From: Nitrosopumilus sp.
Lineage (GTDB): Archaea > Thermoproteota > Nitrososphaeria > Nitrososphaerales > Nitrosopumilaceae
DNA length: 64,000 nucleotides
Direction of reading: 5' to 3'
Assembly: GCA_965205425.1 (NCBI GenBank)
Contig: CBDBGZ010000009.1
Location: forward strand, 864,001-928,000
This document shows positions 59,009-64,000 of the stretch, one piece after another (positions within the stretch are counted from its first letter, which is position 1; the number at the start of each line of letters is the position of its first letter). Below the pieces are notes generated by a model. That model made no database searches. It was not told where the DNA came from and worked only from the letters and a program-made list of their open reading frames with translations. Both the position numbers and the translations under genes were made by a program.

Positions 59009-61032
59009 AGATTTGAATTTATTTCATCAATTGTGTGTAATGGTAAAGAACAAGTAAAATCTTTACAAACAAAAACTGAAGTCTTATCTTCAAATAATTT
59101 TCCTGCAAAGAAAGGATATTTTGAAAGAGCATCAAGTTGAGAAGAATTTCCAACTGTAATTAAAATAGAATTTGGCAAATAATCTAAATTGAGAGATTTA
59201 CATATTTCAGAATTTTCAGTATTGATAACTGAAATCTCCGTAGGTTTTTGAATATACATGGTAATTGTATTTAGTAAATATCCAAATCCAAACGGATTTT
59301 CAGCAGCCATTTGTGCCTGAGATTCCATTATTTTAGTAGTAATTTCAAGAAAACCTTGCTCTTGTGAGAGATGATACAATCGGAGCATTACAAATGCAGA
59401 TACAGAGTTTCCCGAAGGCAAATATAAATCATAATTACTCTTAGGTCGAATAATCAACTTTTCATGATCATCAGAAGTCATAAAGAAACTATTGTTTTCA
59501 GAATCCCAAAAGTGATTTACTAGATGATGTCCCAATTTTATAGATAGTTTGAGATATTTTTCATCTGGTTCAATTTCAAATACATCCAACAAGGCATTGA
59601 TAAAATAAGAATAATCTTCCAAATAACCATCAATTTTTGCAACACCATTTTTGTAAGTTCGTAATAGTTTTTCATCAACTATAAGATTATTTTCAATAAA
59701 AGAAATACAATCTTTTGCTGCATTGAGATACCTAATATCACCAGTAACACGGTATCCCTTTGCAAAAGCAGTAATCATCAAAGAATTCCAAGATACTAAG
59801 ATTTTATCATCCAAACCAGGTGGAACCCGAGTAGAACGAACTTTAAGTAATTTTTCAGAACAAGAATTAATTATTTTTTTAACCTCAGATTCAGATACTC
59901 CAAAATTAAAAGCAACAGTCGAGATATTAAGATTATTACATAGAATATTATTTCCTTCCCAATTCCCACCATCAGTTACATCATAGTATAAACAAAATAG
60001 ATCTGCATCATTTCCAAGAATTTCTTTAATTTCACTTTTCTTCCAAACATAGTATTTTCCTTCAACTCCTTCAGAATCAGCATCATATGCGGAATAGAAT
60101 CCATTTTCTGGAGAAGTCATTTCACGTAAAACATAATCAAGTGTTTTTTGCAAAACTTCAAGGTAAAAAGGATCTTTTGTTATTTGGTAGGCTTCTACAT
60201 AGTTTACTGGAATCAATGCATTATCATAAAGCATTTTTTCAAAGTGAGGTACAAGCCATTTTGCATCTGTAGAATATCTAGAAAATCCACCTCCGATTTG
60301 ATCAAAAATTCCACCATTTGCCATTTTCTTTAATGTTTTAAGCGCAAATTCATTGAATTTATTCAAACCAGATAGTTTTGCATATCTAAAAAGAAACGAT
60401 ACATTTGCGGCATTTGGAAATTTTGGGGCAGAGCCAAAACCACCATATGTTGCATCTCCCAGTTGAAATAAATTCATTGCAGCCTCATCAAGAATAGTTC
60501 GTTCTAGTTTTGAAGGAATTTGAATTGCTTCAGCTTTGTTTAATGCACCAAGAAATTGTTCTGCAGAACTTTCAATGTCTTTAGGTTTTTCTTTCCAAGC
60601 TTGAGATAATTGTCTGCAAATACTCCCAAATCCCGGACGGCCATAAGAATCTAAAACAGGAAAATAAGTTCCAGCATAGAATGGTTTTTGATCAGGAGTA
60701 AGAAAAATACTCAATGGCCATCCACCTTGACCTGTTGCTATCTGACAAACTTTTTGATAAATATCATCAATATCAGGTCGCTCTTCTCTGTCAACTTTTA
60801 TGTTAATGAAATTTTCATTCATGAATTCTGCAACATTATCATTTTCAAATGATTCATGAGCCATTACATGACACCAGTGGCATGAACTATATCCAATACT
60901 TAGAAAGATAGGTTTGTTTTCATCTTTGGCTTTTTTTAATGATTCATCATTCCACCCATACCAATTAACAGGATTGTTTGCATGTTGAAGTAAATATGGA
61001 CTACTTTCATGAATGAGATTATTTTCTACCAC
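59005..61032 (-). CDS. YyaL/SSP411-like thioredoxin-domain protein (DUF255)
   Basis: [35 protein letters not shown]. Confidence 0.93.
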   Translation of the reverse strand: MVENNLIHESSPYLLQHANNPVNWYGWNDESLKKAKDENKPIFLSIGYSSCHWCHVMAHESFENDNVAEFMNENFINIKVDREERPDIDDIYQKVCQIATGQGGWPLSIFLTPDQKPFYAGTYFPVLDSYGRPGFGSICRQLSQAWKEKPKDIESSAEQFLGALNKAEAIQIPSKLERTILDEAAMNLFQLGDATYGGFGSAPKFPNAANVSFLFRYAKLSGLNKFNEFALKTLKKMANGGIFDQIGGGFSRYSTDAKWLVPHFEKMLYDNALIPVNYVEAYQITKDPFYLEVLQKTLDYVLREMTSPENGFYSAYDADSEGVEGKYYVWKKSEIKEILGNDADLFCLYYDVTDGGNWEGNNILCNNLNISTVAFNFGVSESEVKKIINSCSEKLLKVRSTRVPPGLDDKILVSWNSLMITAFAKGYRVTGDIRYLNAAKDCISFIENNLIVDEKLLRTYKNGVAKIDGYLEDYSYFINALLDVFEIEPDEKYLKLSIKLGHHLVNHFWDSENNSFFMTSDDHEKLIIRPKSNYDLYLPSGNSVSAFVMLRLYHLSQEQGFLEITTKIMESQAQMAAENPFGFGYLLNTITMYIQKPTEISVINTENSEICKSLNLDYLPNSILITVGNSSQLDALSKYPFFAGKLFEDKTSVFVCKDFTCSLPLHTIDEINSNL

Positions 61033-61074
61033 GATTTATCAAATTCTTTTGAATATTTGTACTTAATTGGAGAC

Positions 61075-61308
61075 CTAACTCCAAATTCCTTTTCCTTCAG
61101 TTAATTCATAAATTCTAACATTGATTTTTCTTAGTAATTTTACTTTAGATTTGTGAGCTTTTTTATCATGACTATAGTCTTTTTGTCCTACTAATTTTTC
61201 TAATCGTTTTAGTTGTTCCAAAGTAAGTTTCTTAAATTCATGTTTAGAGCTAGTGATAAGCTGTAATAATTTCACTCTTTCACGATCCTCATCTGTAATA
61301 TCAGCCAT
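61075..61308 (-). CDS. Small basic hypothetical protein
   Basis: MADITDEDRERVKLLQ...; start inferred, since the longer ORF overlaps the ADH gene. Confidence 0.65.
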   Translation of the reverse strand: MADITDEDRERVKLLQLITSSKHEFKKLTLEQLKRLEKLVGQKDYSHDKKAHKSKVKLLRKINVRIYELTEGKGIWS

Positions 61309-61395
61309 GTACATCATTATCTGAATTTTGCAAATAAATCTTAGCCCAAAAACAAGATAACGAATCTTAAAATTTCGTGATGAATTGTTGAAATT

Positions 61396-62430
61396 ATGGA
61401 AAAAATGCGAGCCATGATTCTTTCGGAATGTGCAAAAATTGAAACAAACCCATTGAAACTTACACAAATCGATAAACATGAAATTAAGAGATCAAATGAA
61501 ATTTTGTTAAAAATTGAGGCTTGCGGAGTATGTCACTCACAGCTCCACGGTATTGAAGGAGATTGGAAAGATATCGGAATCCCACCTGTATTGCCAACAG
61601 TACCAGGTCATGAGGTAGTGGGAAAAGTAGTTCAAATTGGAGATGAAGTCACAAAATTTAAAATCGGAGATAGAGCAGGCATTACACCACTTTTAGAAGC
61701 ATGTAAGAATTGTCAATATTGTAAAGAAGGTAAAGAATATCTTTGTGAATCATCAATAATCACAGGAGAATCTTTCAAGGGAGGATATACTGAATACATT
61801 ACAGTTGTAGAAGATTTTGCAACCAAAGTTCCAGAGAACATGAAAGCTGAATATGCTGCACCATTATTTTGTGCTGGAATTACAGCTTACAAAGCTGTTA
61901 AAGCTGCAGAACCAAAACCAAATAAAAAAATTGGAATTTTTGGAATTGGTGGAGTAGGGCATATGGCCATTCAATTTGCAAAAGTAGAAAACTGTACAGT
62001 TATTGCATTTTCTAGATCTCAAAATCACCTAAATGTGGCAAAAAAATTCGGTGCAACTGACGCAATAGTATTTTCTGAAAATCAAGAAGAGTTTCTAGAC
62101 ACATTGAAAGAAAAACAAGGTTTGTTGGATGCTGCAATTGTATTTGCACCAGCTGATATTGTAACAGATACTGCAATAAAATCAGTCAAGAAAGGAGGAT
62201 TGATAGTAATTGCAACGGTTGGAAAAAATCCAACATTTATGGCATTTGAGGAAAAAACAATTCGAGGCACATTAATTGGCTCCACGAAGGATATGGAACA
62301 AGTAATCAAGATATGTGATGAAGAGAAAATAGAGGTAATTTCTCAAACATTCCCATTAGAAAAGGCAAATGAAGCTCTCAAAAAATTAAAAGATTCAGAA
62401 ATTGAAGCAAGAGCTGTTTTAATTCCTTAA
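61396..62430 (+). CDS. Zinc-dependent alcohol dehydrogenase (MDR family)
   Basis: CGVCHS, GHEVVG, CKNCQYC...C, GIGGVG. Confidence 0.93.
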   Translation: MEKMRAMILSECAKIETNPLKLTQIDKHEIKRSNEILLKIEACGVCHSQLHGIEGDWKDIGIPPVLPTVPGHEVVGKVVQIGDEVTKFKIGDRAGITPLLEACKNCQYCKEGKEYLCESSIITGESFKGGYTEYITVVEDFATKVPENMKAEYAAPLFCAGITAYKAVKAAEPKPNKKIGIFGIGGVGHMAIQFAKVENCTVIAFSRSQNHLNVAKKFGATDAIVFSENQEEFLDTLKEKQGLLDAAIVFAPADIVTDTAIKSVKKGGLIVIATVGKNPTFMAFEEKTIRGTLIGSTKDMEQVIKICDEEKIEVISQTFPLEKANEALKKLKDSEIEARAVLIP

Positions 62431-62466
62431 TTCTTGGCTTAAATATTGGAAGAATAAATTTTTGAT

Positions 62467-62619
62467 ATGAATTGCAATAGATGTCATCATACTAACGAAG
62501 TACACAGTCAAAATGAAAATAGCAATTCACTCATGAAAGCAGGAAAATGTCAAATTCCAACATGTACATGTAAGCAATATTTAGATCTCATTCAAGAAAT
62601 TGATGAAGATCTTTTATAA
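62467..62619 (+). CDS. 50-aa Cys-rich protein
   Basis: MNCNRCHH...CQIPTCTC. Confidence 0.6.
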   Translation: MNCNRCHHTNEVHSQNENSNSLMKAGKCQIPTCTCKQYLDLIQEIDEDLL

Positions 62620-62651
62620 CGATTCATATATTAAAAATATTTTAGAGGATT

Positions 62652-62885
62652 ATGGATAAACACAAGCCATCAGATGAAATGATCAAGGATTTAGACAATC
62701 TTTTATCAAAACTTAACGCCATGGAAATTGTCGCATCAGATGAATTTCAGAAAAACTCAATTAAAATTCAGAGGGCGTTAGTAGAGGGTCAAATACATAC
62801 GATTAATGAATTTCAACATATGAAAAAAGCATTAGATTTATTGACATTACAATTATTTGATGTACAAAATAAAGTCAAGAATTAA
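62652..62885 (+). CDS. Hypothetical protein
   Basis: 77-aa helical ORF. Confidence 0.7.
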   Translation: MDKHKPSDEMIKDLDNLLSKLNAMEIVASDEFQKNSIKIQRALVEGQIHTINEFQHMKKALDLLTLQLFDVQNKVKN

Positions 62886-63405
62886 GTTTAGTATCACTTA
62901 ATCCACAACCAGTACATCGGAAGAGAGTGGATTTTTCAAGAACTTTTTCAGGTTTCATTTCTGCACCACAACAAAAACATAAAATTTTTTCAGAATCAGT
63001 GTTTGTATTTTTAGATTTTCTTACCACATAATCAGGTTTTTTTTCTTGGATATCCATAGAATTACAAAATGGATTATAACGAGTTATTATTTTGTTGATT
63101 ACATTTTGCCTATTTTCATCACTTGATTCAAACAATGGTAATATTGCCAAATGTAGTGATTTTTCTGAACCTGAATTATCCATCCAACATTTGTAACGTG
63201 TATGTTGAACAAAAAATGACTTTTCTTCAGTTTTTTTACAATCACCAACATAGAGAATATTGAAGTTATCCTTCTCCCTAGATAAGATCAAATAAACCAC
63301 TTTTTCCATAGGAGGACCCCATTCTTCAAGAGGAATAGGCCCAAGAAACTCATATTGAAGGATTTGAATGCTCAATGAAGGTATTTTTGAGTACTTTCTT
63401 TTCAT
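62875..63405 (-). CDS. Hypothetical protein, GIY-YIG-like N-terminus plus Zn ribbon
   Basis: VVYLI...LYVG; CFCC..CTGC. Confidence 0.6.
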   Translation of the reverse strand: MKRKYSKIPSLSIQILQYEFLGPIPLEEWGPPMEKVVYLILSREKDNFNILYVGDCKKTEEKSFFVQHTRYKCWMDNSGSEKSLHLAILPLFESSDENRQNVINKIITRYNPFCNSMDIQEKKPDYVVRKSKNTNTDSEKILCFCCGAEMKPEKVLEKSTLFRCTGCGLSDTKLNS

Positions 63406-63495
63406 CCTTTCCCAAAAAATTTACTAGTGACAGTAATTTGATCGCAAACTCTCAACTTGAAAAGATTAAATTCAAGAGCTATGGATTTTCCATAA

Positions 63496-63750
63496 ATGAA
63501 AGAGCCTCACAATTATGCCAAAGTAGGATATGCCATGATTGCAGTAGCTGGAAGTTTAGCAGCAATAGGAATCCTAGCATTATTTACTGCAGATGACGTG
63601 TTGTTGTCAGATAATATCTCAAGAGACAAATCAGCTCATTTTGACGAATGTAAATTAAATGATTTCGTAGCAGATGATTGTGTAAAATATAGAGAGCGAA
63701 TAAATAATGAGGCATCAGGAATTTACGTAGATCCATCAAAGTGGAAATAA
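63496..63750 (+). CDS. Small membrane-anchored protein
   Basis: N-terminal TM. Confidence 0.7.
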   Translation: MKEPHNYAKVGYAMIAVAGSLAAIGILALFTADDVLLSDNISRDKSAHFDECKLNDFVADDCVKYRERINNEASGIYVDPSKWK

Positions 63751-63751
63751 C

Positions 63752-64000
63752 TTAGTATCCATTAGTGAAATCTTCTATCATGTTTTGTTTTTTAGTAAGA
63801 CGATTCATTGCAAAGAACGCACCCCCAACAATTCCTGCTTGGTAAAAGGTGTACAATAAAACTCCAGAAGAGGTTGGATCAGATTTTGTGAAACTCAAAA
63901 CAAGCATTGTAAAAAATACAAATGTACCAACAAAGGTAACCATTCGATTCAAAAATCCAGTATTCATTCCAACTATTCGCTTTGATGCACCTGCCATCAA
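63752..64000 (-). CDS. Membrane protein C-terminus (runs off the window)
   Basis: Hydrophobic helices; open to the edge. Confidence 0.6.
   Translation of the reverse strand: MMAGASKRIVGMNTGFLNRMVTFVGTFVFFTMLVLSFTKSDPTSSGVLLYTFYQAGIVGGAFFAMNRLTKKQNMIEDFTNGY

Noticed and set aside
991..63596. Numerous short antisense or overlapping ORFs in the track (e.g. 7161-7424, 9023-9340, 22827-23210, 34145-34507, 54826-55101)
   Set aside because: They are shadows of well-supported genes on the other strand or frame, with no motifs of their own

Overview
AT-rich archaeal DNA. Gene content (GatD/GatE, CDC48, archaeal L2, TFB homologues) and protein style fit a Nitrosopumilaceae-like thaumarchaeon (inference). 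1-4.3 kb: end of a nonulosonic-acid/surface-glycan cluster. 4.4-6.7 kb: IS481, a decayed IS1595 and a small pseudogene. 6.7-13.3 kb: housekeeping genes (acylphosphatase, rpl2, cdc48, gatD, gatE). About 13.3-56.4 kb is an IS-riddled accessory island that starts at a 19-bp tRNA 3'-end remnant and ends at a tyrosine integrase. Its left part (14.9-21.4 kb) holds four secreted pro-protein + small membrane protein pairs around a duplicated, apparently invertible divergent promoter/leader cassette, a candidate polymorphic toxin-immunity system with phase variation. Its right part (23.7-56.4 kb) is a decaying integrative element. It carries an RHH divergent switch with three palindromic operators, an iteron-like array next to a truncated MCM, four ParB-type genes, two TFB paralogues, an MT-A70 methylase, a RelE pair, a serpin, an aminotransferase/kinase/NDK-like operon, and a long-variable-arm Ser-like tRNA with a Phe (GAA) anticodon. 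56.5-64 kb: ordinary host genes. No CRISPR array or rRNA was seen.
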